A stretch of 64,000 nucleotides of DNA from an uncultured Pelagibacteraceae bacterium (lineage in GTDB: Bacteria; Pseudomonadota; Alphaproteobacteria; Pelagibacterales; Pelagibacteraceae). The stretch lies in NCBI GenBank assembly GCA_902558585.1, contig CACEEO010000001.1, positions 8,415 to 72,414 of the forward strand. The letters are read 5' to 3'. Of the stretch, positions 41,387-52,121 are shown piece after piece. Made by a program: the position numbers and the translations under genes. Below the pieces are notes generated by a model, which saw nothing but the letters and a program-made list of their open reading frames with translations, was not told the DNA's origin and made no database searches. Positions within the stretch are counted from its first letter, which is position 1. Each line of letters starts with the position of its first letter.

Positions 41387-42105
41387 CAAATTTTTAACTT
41401 TAGATCTTTAATTTTGTCTCTAATTTTCTTTAAATCTTCCCATGAGTGTTTTTTATTTTCTGGAAAACGGATTAAATAAGATGGATTAAAAGTTATCATT
41501 AAAGGGAATGTTTTGTTTTTTAAAATCACTTCCTTCCAATGTCCTCTTTCAGTAGTTATTTTTTCACTTATTCCTGTTATAGCCTCCATTGCCGAACTAC
41601 CCATCAAAACAATAATTTTTGGGTTTATAATCGATATATGCTCCTTCAAAAATACTGAGTATCTTTTAATTTCAGTTGAGGTTGGTTTTCTGTCATCAGG
41701 TGGTCTAAAATTGATTGCATAACTAGTGTAAATATTTTGTCTCTTAATATTTATGGCTATAAGCATTTTGTTTAGAAGTTCGCCAACTTCACCTCTAAAT
41801 GGGACACCCAATTTTTCCTCTTCAGCCCCAGGAGACTCTCCAATAAACATTAAAGGGCTATTTATATTTCCCTCACCTAAAATGATTTTATTTGAATTTT
41901 CTTTCAATTTACAATTTTCAATTGAATTTATTTGATCTTTTAAATTTTTTAGTAATTCTTCTTTATTAATTAGCAGGGTGTCATTATTCGTTTCTAAAAT
42001 ATTAAATCTATTTATTGGTTTATCAGCGAATATAAATTTTGGCTCAATAGTATTAATTAGTTCTTGGTTTAATTTGGTATTTTGATTTATCACTTTTTTA
42101 GTCAT
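41386..42105 (-). CDS. Uracil-DNA glycosylase family 4-like (divergent)
   Basis: IGESPGAEE..G.PF.G..G.LL..M, FRPP..RKP, PSYLIR. Confidence 0.88.
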   Translation of the reverse strand: MTKKVINQNTKLNQELINTIEPKFIFADKPINRFNILETNNDTLLINKEELLKNLKDQINSIENCKLKENSNKIILGEGNINSPLMFIGESPGAEEEKLGVPFRGEVGELLNKMLIAINIKRQNIYTSYAINFRPPDDRKPTSTEIKRYSVFLKEHISIINPKIIVLMGSSAMEAITGISEKITTERGHWKEVILKNKTFPLMITFNPSYLIRFPENKKHSWEDLKKIRDKIKDLKLKI

Positions 42106-42116
42106 AGTATGGTCAC

Positions 42117-43802
42117 ATGTTCCTAAAATTTATAAAATTAGTACTATTAATATTCATATCTTATCAGACACCTTTGTATTCTAAAAGTGCTACTTTTAAT
42201 GATTTCAACTCAAGAGATTTATCAAATTATTTTTCTGGAATTGTTGCATTTGAAAATCGAGATAATTCTGAAGCTTTAAAATTTTTTAACTTAACCAAAG
42301 TATTAATTAATAAACATGACAGTTATTTAAAAAGATATGTTGACTCTTTAGTTTTAGATAACAAAGTACCTCAAGCAATTAATGTATTAAATAACAACGC
42401 AAACAATTCTAACTCAGATTTTTATGATGCGTATATAATTTTAATAATTGACAGTTTAAAGAAAAATAACTTTAAAAAAGCTGATGAATATTTAACACAA
42501 AGTTTAAAATTTCAAGATGAAGATAGGATAAAATTAGTTATTTTTGAAACTCTAAAACAGTATATTTACACATTTAAAAATAAAAAAATATTAGATAACA
42601 AAAAAAATTTTGGTAACCTGTCTCTTATAGCTGAGACATTCCAAAGATGTTACATTGAAGATAAGAGAACTTCGTCATTTTTTCTTAATTTAATAAATAA
42701 TCAACAGGGTGATTATTCAAGATACATTTTCTTTTATCTTAATTATTTAATTGATAAAAATAAATTAAATGAAGCAAGATTAGTTGTTGAACAAATTGAT
42801 TATATAAATTCAACACTTTTACTTTCACAAAGCAAAAGTTGGGTAGAAAAAGAAAAATTTGATGATTTCGGAAAAATTTTTTCATGCAAGGATCATAATG
42901 ACCTTGTCAGTGAGTTTTTATTTTTAATCTCTAATCTTTATTCTTCCCAGGATAATTTTGAAAAATCAAATTTTTATTTAAATTTATCGAATTATTTAAA
43001 TCCCAAGTTTGAATTTAATCTGTCATTGGTTGCAGAAAATTTTTATCTTAATGATGAATTTGACAAACTTAAAAAGATCTTAAAAAAGTTTAAAAAAGAA
43101 GATGAATTTTATTATTGGTTTAGATTAAAAAAAGAAGCTCAAATAATAATTCAAGAGCAGGATTATGAAAATGGAATTAAATACATAGATTTAAAATTTA
43201 ACAAAATTGAAAATCCAAATATAAAAATGATTTTTGATTTAGCTAATTTATATAAAAATTCTAAAAATTATGAAAAGGCAATAGATCGTTATACGGAAAT
43301 TATTTTAACACTGGATGACAATTCACTTATTAAGTCAGACGTATTATATCGGAGAGGTGGTAGTTATGAAAGAATGGGCAATTATGAAAAGTCAGATGAA
43401 GATTTACTGCATGCACTTAAAATTGATCCTAGTGATGCATATATTTTAAATTACCTTGCTTACTCTTGGTTAGAGCGTGATTATAAAATTAATGAAGCAA
43501 TGGATATGTTGAAAACAGCATATGATTTAAAAAACAATGATCCATATATTATTGATTCAATTGGATGGGCTTATTTTTTAATAGAGGATTATGTAGAAGC
43601 AGAAAAGTATTTAAAAAGAGCTGTAGAATTAATGCCAGATGACCCAATCGTGAATGATCATTATGGAGACATTTTATGGAAATTAAATCGAAAAATTCAA
43701 GCAAGATATTTTTGGAACAACGTATTAACTTTTGATGATACCGAAGACGAGATGAGAGAAAAAATTAATATTAAAGTAATTAAGGGTCTTAAAAATTCCT
43801 AA
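42117..43802 (+). CDS. Exported tetratricopeptide-repeat protein
   Basis: Signal peptide; C-terminal TPRs LNYLAYSW, IIDSIGWAY, DHYGDILW; usual position upstream of ispE. Confidence 0.88.
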   Translation: MFLKFIKLVLLIFISYQTPLYSKSATFNDFNSRDLSNYFSGIVAFENRDNSEALKFFNLTKVLINKHDSYLKRYVDSLVLDNKVPQAINVLNNNANNSNSDFYDAYIILIIDSLKKNNFKKADEYLTQSLKFQDEDRIKLVIFETLKQYIYTFKNKKILDNKKNFGNLSLIAETFQRCYIEDKRTSSFFLNLINNQQGDYSRYIFFYLNYLIDKNKLNEARLVVEQIDYINSTLLLSQSKSWVEKEKFDDFGKIFSCKDHNDLVSEFLFLISNLYSSQDNFEKSNFYLNLSNYLNPKFEFNLSLVAENFYLNDEFDKLKKILKKFKKEDEFYYWFRLKKEAQIIIQEQDYENGIKYIDLKFNKIENPNIKMIFDLANLYKNSKNYEKAIDRYTEIILTLDDNSLIKSDVLYRRGGSYERMGNYEKSDEDLLHALKIDPSDAYILNYLAYSWLERDYKINEAMDMLKTAYDLKNNDPYIIDSIGWAYFLIEDYVEAEKYLKRAVELMPDDPIVNDHYGDILWKLNRKIQARYFWNNVLTFDDTEDEMREKINIKVIKGLKNS

Positions 43803-44648
43803 ATGAAAATTAATAAAATTAAATCTAATGCAAAGTTAAATTTAGCACTAAATATCACTGGAAAAAAAAAGGTTTTACATAAAATTGAAAGTATAATTGG
43901 TTTCATAGATTTACATGATGTTATTTCGATAAATCAACATAATGGAAAAAAACACCATATTTCTTTTTATGGAAAGTTTTCTAAATATATAGGAAAAAAA
44001 AATACTGTTCAAAAATTATTTCAAATACTAGATAAAGAAAATTTATTAAAAAATAAAAAATTCAAAGTTAAAATTAAAAAATTAATCCCTCAAGAAGCTG
44101 GGTTGGGTGGGGGATCGATGAATGCAGCTAGTGTGTTTAATTATCTGGTTAAAAAAAAAATTATCAATCCTAATTATCAAAAAACTCGAAGTATCTGTGA
44201 CTTGGTTGGTTCCGATGTTATTCTGGGAACCATCTCATCCAGCTGTGTATTGTCATCAGGTGGTAGAATAAAAAAGTTTTATAATACTCCAAAATATTAC
44301 TCTACTTTAGTAAAGCCTGATTTTGGCTGCTCAACTAAAAAAATATACTCAGCTGTTCGAAAGTATACAAAATCAAAATATAACAAACCAAAAAAAAACA
44401 TGTTTGGAGTAAAATATTTGATTGATCAACAAAATGCCCTTGAAACAATAGCGCTCAAAAAATATCCAAAACTTAAAAAAATAAAGTTGTTCTTAGAAAG
44501 TATAAATAATCCATTATTTGTAAGAATGACTGGTTCAGGATCAACAATTGTTGCCTATTATAATTCATTAAAGAGTTGTAAATTGGCAAAAGCTAAATTT
44601 AAAAGAAAATATAAAAATTATTGGTGTGTTACAGCAAAAACTATATGA
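43803..44648 (+). CDS. ispE: 4-diphosphocytidyl-2-C-methyl-D-erythritol kinase
   Basis: AKLNLAL, IPQEAGLGGGS, GSDV, MTGSGST. Confidence 0.93.
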   Translation: MKINKIKSNAKLNLALNITGKKKVLHKIESIIGFIDLHDVISINQHNGKKHHISFYGKFSKYIGKKNTVQKLFQILDKENLLKNKKFKVKIKKLIPQEAGLGGGSMNAASVFNYLVKKKIINPNYQKTRSICDLVGSDVILGTISSSCVLSSGGRIKKFYNTPKYYSTLVKPDFGCSTKKIYSAVRKYTKSKYNKPKKNMFGVKYLIDQQNALETIALKKYPKLKKIKLFLESINNPLFVRMTGSGSTIVAYYNSLKSCKLAKAKFKRKYKNYWCVTAKTI

Positions 44649-44681
44649 ATTTTATATTTTTATGTTATAGGAAGCTAGTAT

Positions 44682-44755
44682 TGGGGCGTAGCCAAGCGGT
44701 AAGGCACGGGTTTTTGGTACCTGCATCCTAGGTTCGAATCCTAGCGCCCCAGCCA
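44682..44755 (+). tRNA. tRNA-Gln (anticodon TTG), CCA encoded
   Basis: Acceptor TGGGGCG/CGCCCCA, anticodon arm CGGGT-TTTTGGT-ACCTG, T arm CTAGG-TTCGAAT-CCTAG, 3' GCCA. Confidence 0.97.
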
Positions 44756-44758
44756 TTT

Positions 44759-46033
44759 ATGAAAAATTTTTTAGATAAATTTTTTTCCCGATCAAAAAAT
44801 CTTGATTATATCAGTCAAAATTTAAAACAAATTACTTTAACAACACCAGCAAATAAAATTTTTGAAGCAATTAATAATTTTTCAGAGAAAAGTGAAATCA
44901 GATATGTGGGTGGGTGTGTAAGAAAAGTGATAAAAAAAGAAAACGTTGATGATATTGACCTAGCAACAAATTTAACTCCCACAGAAGTTTGTGAGGCTCT
45001 TAAAAACAAACAAATACGTTATTACGAAACAGGAATTGAGTATGGAACTATAACTGCAATAATTGACGAATATAAATATGAAATTACTTCTTTAAGGAAA
45101 GACGTCTTAACTGATGGAAGGCATGCTGAAGTAGAATTCTCTTTAGAGTGGAAGGAAGATGCCTCTAGAAGGGATTTTACTATCAATTCAATTTATGCAG
45201 ATGGCGATGGTAATTTATTTGATCCATTTAACGGTAAAAAGGATTTGGAGGAGGGTTATATTAATTTTATTGGAAATGTGGAAAAAAGAATTCAAGAGGA
45301 TTATTTACGTATTTTGAGGTATTTAAGATTTTATTTAAATTACTCAAATCATAAGCATCAGCCAGAAATAATAAAAAATATAAAAAAAAATATTGATGGA
45401 ATTTCAAATATTTCATCTGAAAGATTAATCGATGAACTAAAAAAAATAACTAGTTCAAATGGATTTTTAAAACTCTTTAAAGATATGGAAAGTTTAGAAC
45501 TCTTAGAAATAATTTTCCCTCAATTAAAGAATATTAAAAATTTTAAAAAACAAAATTCTTATGCTGCAGAGAATTTTTTAAAAATTGACTTTATATTCTT
45601 AATTGCGCTTTTAGTGATTGATGGGACTGATAATGCCGATTATTTTATTTATAAATTCAAAATATCTAACAAAGATAAGAAAAGATTAAAATTGATAGAT
45701 CTTTTTTATAAAGAAAAAGTAACTTTAAACAACTTTACAGAGAAAAACTTGAATAAATTTTTTTATTTTAATGGGCGACAGGCTGTAATAGATATAATTA
45801 ATTTTAAAATATTTATCTCAAACAAAGTAGAGAAAAAACTAATCAAACTATTAGATACTTATAAAGAGAAAGTAATTCCAACTTTGCCAATAGGGGCTGA
45901 TCTATTAATGTCTAAATTTCAAATTCCTGAGGGTAAAACGTTAGGTAATAAATTAAAAAGGATAGAAGAAACTTGGGTTCAAAACGGATTTCAAATTTCA
46001 GATAAGCAGGTACAACAAATAGTTAAAAGTTAA
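44759..46033 (+). CDS. cca: CCA tRNA nucleotidyltransferase
   Basis: [27 protein letters not shown]; no poly(A) polymerase GRRF signature seen. Confidence 0.9.
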   Translation: MKNFLDKFFSRSKNLDYISQNLKQITLTTPANKIFEAINNFSEKSEIRYVGGCVRKVIKKENVDDIDLATNLTPTEVCEALKNKQIRYYETGIEYGTITAIIDEYKYEITSLRKDVLTDGRHAEVEFSLEWKEDASRRDFTINSIYADGDGNLFDPFNGKKDLEEGYINFIGNVEKRIQEDYLRILRYLRFYLNYSNHKHQPEIIKNIKKNIDGISNISSERLIDELKKITSSNGFLKLFKDMESLELLEIIFPQLKNIKNFKKQNSYAAENFLKIDFIFLIALLVIDGTDNADYFIYKFKISNKDKKRLKLIDLFYKEKVTLNNFTEKNLNKFFYFNGRQAVIDIINFKIFISNKVEKKLIKLLDTYKEKVIPTLPIGADLLMSKFQIPEGKTLGNKLKRIEETWVQNGFQISDKQVQQIVKS

Positions 46034-46506
46034 ATATATTTAACATCTTTAATTTCAAAATTTTTTACACCAGAGGGTGTATTTATTTCAACTAAATCAC
46101 TTTTATTTTTTCCAATCAAACCTTTGCCAATTGGTGATTGAAAGAAAATTAATTTTTGTTTTAAATCCGCCTCATCTCTACCAACAATTTTATAATTAAT
46201 TTTTTCACCAGTGTCTAAATCTTCTAAATAAACTGTAGATCCAAAAATTACTTTTCCTTCATTGTTTAGTTTTGTAACGTCAATAACATTTGCTCTTGCA
46301 ATAATATCGTTAATTTCTGTAATTCTTCCCTCGTTATGAGATTGTTCTTCTTTAGCTGCATGATATTCTGCATTTTCTTTAAGGTCTCCATGTGATCTTG
46401 CTTCAGCAATTGCAGCTACTATCTCAGGTCTCTTTTTTTCTTTTAAAAAAACTAATTCTTCTTTTAGTTTATTTAATCCGTTTAATGTTATTGGCTCTTT
46501 ATCCAT
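46030..46506 (-). CDS. greA: Transcription elongation factor GreA
   Basis: [26 protein letters not shown]; ATG 46506. Confidence 0.97.
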   Translation of the reverse strand: MDKEPITLNGLNKLKEELVFLKEKKRPEIVAAIAEARSHGDLKENAEYHAAKEEQSHNEGRITEINDIIARANVIDVTKLNNEGKVIFGSTVYLEDLDTGEKINYKIVGRDEADLKQKLIFFQSPIGKGLIGKNKSDLVEINTPSGVKNFEIKDVKYI

Positions 46507-46510
46507 ATTT

Positions 46511-47338
46511 TTATTTCCATTTTGCAATCGGAGGTAATGACATCAAAATTCCTTCAACATTACCGCCAGTTTGTAGCCCAAATTTTGTTCCTCTATCGTA
46601 GAGCAAATTAAATTCTGCGTATCGACCTCTTTTAATATACTGAAACTCTTTATCTTTTAAAGTCCATTTTCTTTTTAATTTTTTTTTAATTATTTCATTA
46701 AATAGCATTTGAAATGTAACACCAACATCTCTGACAAATTTAAAGTCATTTTCAAAATTATCATTTTTATAGTCAAAAAAGATTCCACCTATACCTCTGG
46801 CTTCATTTCTGTGAGGTAAATAAAAATATTCATCACACCACTTTTTATATTTTTTATAATAATTTTTATTATGTCTATCGCACATTGCCTTTAATATTTT
46901 ATGAAAGTTTTTCTTCTCTTTTTCATCTTTTATTGCTGGGGTTACATCCATACCTCCACCAAACCAATTCTTTGTTGTACAAATAAATCTGGTATTAAAA
47001 TGCATTGCAGGAATATAAGGATTTTGCATGTGCATAACTATTGATATTCCTGATGCCCAAAATCTAGGATCTTTACTTGCTCCCGGTATATTCTTTTGAA
47101 ATTGCTTAGGAAATTTTCCATAAACTTTTGAAAAGTTTACTCCTACTTTTTCAAAAATTTTTCCATTTTTAAGAATTCTATATTCACCACCACCCTCATC
47201 TTTTTTACTGCTTCTATTCCAAGAAGTTGATTGAAAATTTAATTTGTTTTTTTCAATTTTTATAATGTCGTCACATATTGCATTTTGTAATAGCTTAAAC
47301 CAATTACTCGCTAAGTCTTTTTTGATTGAAATATCCAT
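46511..47338 (-). CDS. hemF: Oxygen-dependent coproporphyrinogen III oxidase
   Basis: [43 protein letters not shown]. Confidence 0.98.
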   Translation of the reverse strand: MDISIKKDLASNWFKLLQNAICDDIIKIEKNKLNFQSTSWNRSSKKDEGGGEYRILKNGKIFEKVGVNFSKVYGKFPKQFQKNIPGASKDPRFWASGISIVMHMQNPYIPAMHFNTRFICTTKNWFGGGMDVTPAIKDEKEKKNFHKILKAMCDRHNKNYYKKYKKWCDEYFYLPHRNEARGIGGIFFDYKNDNFENDFKFVRDVGVTFQMLFNEIIKKKLKRKWTLKDKEFQYIKRGRYAEFNLLYDRGTKFGLQTGGNVEGILMSLPPIAKWK

Positions 47339-47339
47339 T

Positions 47340-47813
47340 TTATATTAATTCTATTTGACGCAAACTTTCTGCCAAAACAATGGCAACAGACGATGCAATA
47401 TTAAGAGATCTTAATTGGTTATTCATTGGTATTTTTAGACGATTTTTAATAATTCTATGAACCTTTTCGGGTACCCCAGCACTTTCTCTTCCAAATAAAA
47501 TAGTATCATCAGGCTTAAATTTAAATTTAGTATAATTTATTGAACCCTTAGTTGTCATCAATACGATTCTCTGTTTTTTCTTTGCCTCAAAAAACTTTTC
47601 CGAACTTTGATAAAACTCTATTTGACTATAGTCCATATAGTCCATAACCACTCTTTTAAAACGTTTGTCTGATAATAGAAAGCCACATGGTTCAATTATT
47701 TCTAATTTAGCACCCAAACAAGCACAGGTTCTTATGATTGCAGCAGTATTCTGAGGTATATCAGGCTCATACAAAGCTATTTTGGGTCCTAAAATTGTTG
47801 AATTCTGTGTCAT
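47340..47813 (-). CDS. trmL: tRNA (cytidine/uridine 34-2'-O)-methyltransferase
   Basis: PDIPQNT, LFGRESAG, IPM..RSLNIA. Confidence 0.93.
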   Translation of the reverse strand: MTQNSTILGPKIALYEPDIPQNTAAIIRTCACLGAKLEIIEPCGFLLSDKRFKRVVMDYMDYSQIEFYQSSEKFFEAKKKQRIVLMTTKGSINYTKFKFKPDDTILFGRESAGVPEKVHRIIKNRLKIPMNNQLRSLNIASSVAIVLAESLRQIELI

Positions 47814-47905
47814 TCTTTCAGTAGTAAAATAATTATTTTATATTATATGAATTCGTATATTAACTATTTTAAATCAAAAAGAGATAATAATAAAAGCTAC
47901 TAAAA

Positions 47906-48415
47906 GTGTCTGAAAAAAAAACAAAAAGAAGAGATTTTTTATTTACAGCTACCACAGCTGTAGGAGCTGTTGGTGCCGCTGCAGTAGTGTGGCCAATGAT
48001 CGATCAAATGAATCCAGATGCTTCTGTTAAAGCATTAGCTAGCACAGAAGTTGATGTAAGTGCATTAACACCAGGAAATACATTAACTGTTTTGTGGAGA
48101 GGTAAACCTGTTTTTATAAGAAGAAGAACTCAAGAAGAAATTGATGAAGCAAGAAAAGTGAAGATGGAGGATTTAATTCATCCTGAGAAAGATGAGGATA
48201 GAGCTAAAAATCCAGAGTGGCTTGTTATGTTAGGAGTTTGCACACATTTAGGATGTGTACCTTTAAATGACAAAGGCGATTACAATGGATGGTTTTGCCC
48301 ATGTCATGGATCTCACTATGATACCTCTGGAAGAATAAGAAAAGGGCCAGCTCCGTTAAATATGGAAGTACCTAAATACGAATTCGTTAACGCTAATACA
48401 ATTAAGATTGGATAA
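47906..48415 (+). CDS. petA: Ubiquinol-cytochrome c reductase Rieske subunit
   Basis: Tat motif RRDFL, CTHLGC, CPCHGS; GTG start. Confidence 0.98.
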   Translation: MSEKKTKRRDFLFTATTAVGAVGAAAVVWPMIDQMNPDASVKALASTEVDVSALTPGNTLTVLWRGKPVFIRRRTQEEIDEARKVKMEDLIHPEKDEDRAKNPEWLVMLGVCTHLGCVPLNDKGDYNGWFCPCHGSHYDTSGRIRKGPAPLNMEVPKYEFVNANTIKIG

Positions 48416-48426
48416 ACTAAACACTA

Positions 48427-49689
48427 ATGAGTGATCTCGATTACAGGCCAAAATCAAAAGTAGGACAATGGTTTAATGATCGATTACCACTTTTAACTCT
48501 AGCAAATCATTTAACAGATTATCCGACTCCTAAAAATTTAAACTATTGGTGGACATTTGGAGGAATTTTAACTTTTTGCTTAATCACTCAAATTATCACG
48601 GGATTAACTCTCGCAATGCATTACATCGCTCACGCTGATATGGCTTTTGAGAGTGTTGAGCACATAATGCGTGATGTAAACTATGGTTGGTTAATTAGAT
48701 ACATTCATGCAAATGGTGCATCAATGTTTTTCTTGGCAGTCTACATTCATATCTTCAGATCATTATTTTATGGTTCTTATAAAGCACCAAGAGAAATAAT
48801 TTGGATAATTGGAATAATTATTTACTTGTTAATGATGGCAGCTGCATTCATGGGTTATGTATTGCCTTGGGGACAAATGAGTTTCTGGGGAGCAACTGTA
48901 ATCACAAATTTATTTAGCGCCATTCCGTTAGTTGGAGAGGGTATTGTTACTTGGTTGTGGGGAGGTTATTCAGTTGACAATCCTACGTTAACTAGATTTT
49001 TTACTTTACATTATTTAATTCCATTTTTAATTTTAGGACTCGTTGTTTTACACATATGGGCTTTACATGTTCCTGGTAACAACAATCCAGTTGGAATAGA
49101 TATAAAAAAACCATCTAAAGACACTGTGCCTTTCCATCCTTACATCGTAATTAAAGATGGTTTTGCTTTATTAATGTTTATGATTGTGTTTGCTTTCTTT
49201 GTGTTCTATGCGCCAAATATTTTAGGTCATGCAGATAATTATATCGAGGCAAACCCAATGGTAACACCTGCACACATTGTTCCTGAATGGTATCTGTTAC
49301 CGTTTTATGCAATATTAAGATCAGTTCCTGATAAATTGCTAGGAGTTGTAGCTATGTTATCTGCAATATTAATCTTAGCAGTCTTACCTTGGTTAGATAC
49401 CTCAAAAATAAGATCCGCAGTATTCAGACCTTTATATAAACAATTTTACTGGATATTAGTTGCTGATGTTTTGATACTTGGTTATGTGGGTGCGATGCCA
49501 GCTGAGGGACTTTACTTGTTGGTAGCACGAGTTGCTACGGCGTATTATTTTTTACATTTTTTAGTTATTCTTCCTGTTTTAGGCTTTAAAGAAAAAACTT
49601 TACCAGTGCCTCTAAGTATTACTGAACCTGTTCTCGGTGGTTCACCAAATTTAGCTGCCGCCAGAAATAAAGAAAGTAAAATGGAATAA
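48427..49689 (+). CDS. petB: Cytochrome b
   Basis: [24 protein letters not shown]. Confidence 0.99.
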   Translation: MSDLDYRPKSKVGQWFNDRLPLLTLANHLTDYPTPKNLNYWWTFGGILTFCLITQIITGLTLAMHYIAHADMAFESVEHIMRDVNYGWLIRYIHANGASMFFLAVYIHIFRSLFYGSYKAPREIIWIIGIIIYLLMMAAAFMGYVLPWGQMSFWGATVITNLFSAIPLVGEGIVTWLWGGYSVDNPTLTRFFTLHYLIPFLILGLVVLHIWALHVPGNNNPVGIDIKKPSKDTVPFHPYIVIKDGFALLMFMIVFAFFVFYAPNILGHADNYIEANPMVTPAHIVPEWYLLPFYAILRSVPDKLLGVVAMLSAILILAVLPWLDTSKIRSAVFRPLYKQFYWILVADVLILGYVGAMPAEGLYLLVARVATAYYFLHFLVILPVLGFKEKTLPVPLSITEPVLGGSPNLAAARNKESKME

Positions 49690-49690
49690 G

Positions 49691-50470
49691 GTGAAAAATT
49701 TATTTAAATTATTTTCTATAATAATCTTAATTATTACTTCAAATTCACATTCTTTTGCTGCTGAAAAAGTAGAATATCTAAAAACTGACTGGAGTTTTAA
49801 GGGTCTATTTGGAAAATTTGATAGAGCTTCTCTTCAAAGAGGGTATCAAGTTTATACTGAAGTGTGTGCTTCATGTCATTCGATGAAATATTTAAGTTAT
49901 AGAAATTTAGCAGAGCCAGGTGGACCAGAATTCTCTGAAGCTCAAGCTAAAGCTATAGCAGCTTCATTTGAAGTAACTGATGGTCCAAATTCTGATGGTG
50001 AAATGTTTACAAGGCCAGGTAAATTATCTGACAAATTTGTAATGCCGTACGATAATGTAAAAGCAGCTCAAGCTGCAAATGGTGGTGCATATCCTCCAGA
50101 CATGTCTGTTTTGGTAAAAGCAAGAGGAGGTGGTGTTGATTATATCTATTCCTTATTACAAGGATATGAAGAAACTCCTAGCAATGTATCTTTAGATGAT
50201 GGAGTCTATTATAACAAATATATGTATGGTAATAAAATTAGAATGGCTGCTCCATTATCAGATGGCTTAGTAGAGTATGGTGATGGAACAAATGCAACAG
50301 TAGAACAGATGTCAAAAGATATAACAACTTTCTTAATGTGGTCTGCTGAACCTCATTTAGAATCTCGACATCAGATGGGCTTTAAAGCGATTGTTTATTT
50401 AATTATTCTAACTGTTTTAGTTTATTTTAGTATGAAAAAAATCTGGTCACGTGTTGAATCTGAAGTTTAG
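49691..50470 (+). CDS. petC: Cytochrome c1
   Basis: Signal peptide, CASCH, ANGGAYPPD, C-terminal TM; GTG start. Confidence 0.98.
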   Translation: MKNLFKLFSIIILIITSNSHSFAAEKVEYLKTDWSFKGLFGKFDRASLQRGYQVYTEVCASCHSMKYLSYRNLAEPGGPEFSEAQAKAIAASFEVTDGPNSDGEMFTRPGKLSDKFVMPYDNVKAAQAANGGAYPPDMSVLVKARGGGVDYIYSLLQGYEETPSNVSLDDGVYYNKYMYGNKIRMAAPLSDGLVEYGDGTNATVEQMSKDITTFLMWSAEPHLESRHQMGFKAIVYLIILTVLVYFSMKKIWSRVESEV

Positions 50471-51520
50471 CACGTCTCCATCTTTCACAGTATAATCTTT
50501 ACCTTCTAATCTCATTTTTCCATTAGCTTTAGAATTTACCCATCCATCATTAGCAATAAAATCTTCATAAGATATAGTTTCAGCTCTAATGAACCCTTTT
50601 TCAAAATCTGTATGAATTTCTCCTGCAGCCTTAGGAGCGGTACAGTCTTTTTGTATTGTCCAAGCTCTTGTTTCTTCAGGTCCAGAAGTAAAAAACGTAT
50701 CAAGTTCTAATATTTTATAGCCCTTTTGAATTAACATACTTAAACCTGTATCTTTTAAACCAATCATATCCATATAATTTTTTTTTTCATCTTCTGCTAA
50801 TTCATTTATTTGGTTTTCTATGTCTGCAGAAATAATCAGAGTGTTATCTTTTCCAAATTTTTCGATAAAGTTTTTAGTATATTTATTTCCATCCTGTACG
50901 CTTTGCTCATCTACATTGCAAACAAAAATCTTTGGTTTTATTGATAAAAGGCCGCTTTGGTTAAGTTGTTTTGTATCAAATTGAGAATTTAATATTGATA
51001 TATCTTTATCATTATTAATGCAGTCTAATGCAATTTCTAAAATCTTAAGCTGGTCTTCGTCCACATTTTTTTTATTATTTTTTTCAAGTCTTTTTTGAAT
51101 AGATTCTAGGTCAGCTAGCATCATCTCAGTTTCAATGATCTCAAGATCTCTTATAGGGTCAACGTCAGGATTAACATTTTGAATATCGTCCGAGTCAAAG
51201 CATCTAATCATATGAATAACCGCATCAACTTCTCTTATGTGGGATAGAAATTTATTTCCTAATCCTTCACCTTTAGATGCGCCCTTCACAAGACCAGCTA
51301 TATCTACAAATGAAATAGTTGTATTTATTGTTTTTTTTGATTTTGAAACTTCTGATAATTTGTTCAATCTTTCATCTGGAACAGGGACCACTCCCACATT
51401 AGGATCTATCGTACAAAATGGAAAATTTGCAGCTTGGGCTTTGCTTGAGTTTGTTAGAGCATTGAAGAGTGTAGATTTACCCACATTAGGTAAACCAACA
51501 ATTCCACATTTAAAACTCAT
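50447..51520 (-). CDS. ychF: Ribosome-binding ATPase YchF
   Basis: GLPNVGKSTLFN, NFPFCTIDPN, DIAGLV, IHTDFEKGFIRAE. Confidence 0.98.
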   Translation of the reverse strand: MSFKCGIVGLPNVGKSTLFNALTNSSKAQAANFPFCTIDPNVGVVPVPDERLNKLSEVSKSKKTINTTISFVDIAGLVKGASKGEGLGNKFLSHIREVDAVIHMIRCFDSDDIQNVNPDVDPIRDLEIIETEMMLADLESIQKRLEKNNKKNVDEDQLKILEIALDCINNDKDISILNSQFDTKQLNQSGLLSIKPKIFVCNVDEQSVQDGNKYTKNFIEKFGKDNTLIISADIENQINELAEDEKKNYMDMIGLKDTGLSMLIQKGYKILELDTFFTSGPEETRAWTIQKDCTAPKAAGEIHTDFEKGFIRAETISYEDFIANDGWVNSKANGKMRLEGKDYTVKDGDVLNFRFNT

Positions 51521-52080
51521 TATTTATTATTTACAGTGCTAGAGAATAAATCTAATTTTTTGTCGATAAGTATTGAAATAGAATCTGTGATGTTACTGGT
51601 AATTTTTTCCAATCCGAGCATTTCATCCTCATCAAAATTTTGAAGAACAAAATCACTAACTTCCATTTTATCTTTTGGTTTACCAATTCCTATTCGCACT
51701 CTTGAATAATCTTTACCAATAAATTTATCTATTGATGCAATTCCGTTATGTCCCGCATCAGAGCCACCAAATTTTGCTTTTATTTTTCCAAATTCTACAT
51801 CTAGATCATCATGAAAAACGATAACATCCTCAGCATCTATTTTGAAATATTCAATTAATTCTCTAATACAAATTCCAGAATTATTCATAAATGTTAAAGG
51901 TTTAATTGCATAAACTTTTTGTTCTCCTACATTTCCAGTTGTAAGAAGTCCTTTGAATTTTGGTTTTTGTTTTGAAAGTCCAAATTTTTTATTAATTGCA
52001 TCTATAATTTTGAAACCAATATTGTGTCTATTGTTTTCACTGTCTGGGGTTGGATTGCCTAATCCTACAAGTAGAAGCAT
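51520..52080 (-). CDS. pth: Peptidyl-tRNA hydrolase
   Basis: GLGNP, RHNIG, TFMNNSG, HDDLD, GHNG, RIGIG. Confidence 0.98.
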   Translation of the reverse strand: MLLLVGLGNPTPDSENNRHNIGFKIIDAINKKFGLSKQKPKFKGLLTTGNVGEQKVYAIKPLTFMNNSGICIRELIEYFKIDAEDVIVFHDDLDVEFGKIKAKFGGSDAGHNGIASIDKFIGKDYSRVRIGIGKPKDKMEVSDFVLQNFDEDEMLGLEKITSNITDSISILIDKKLDLFSSTVNNK

Positions 52081-52121
52081 AAAATATTAATATAGGAGAA
52101 TAAAATTCAATTTTAATTAAC

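Noticed and set aside
44682-44760. tRNA as an integration site
   Set aside because: Flanked directly by ispE and cca; no duplicated tRNA 3' end or integrase seen
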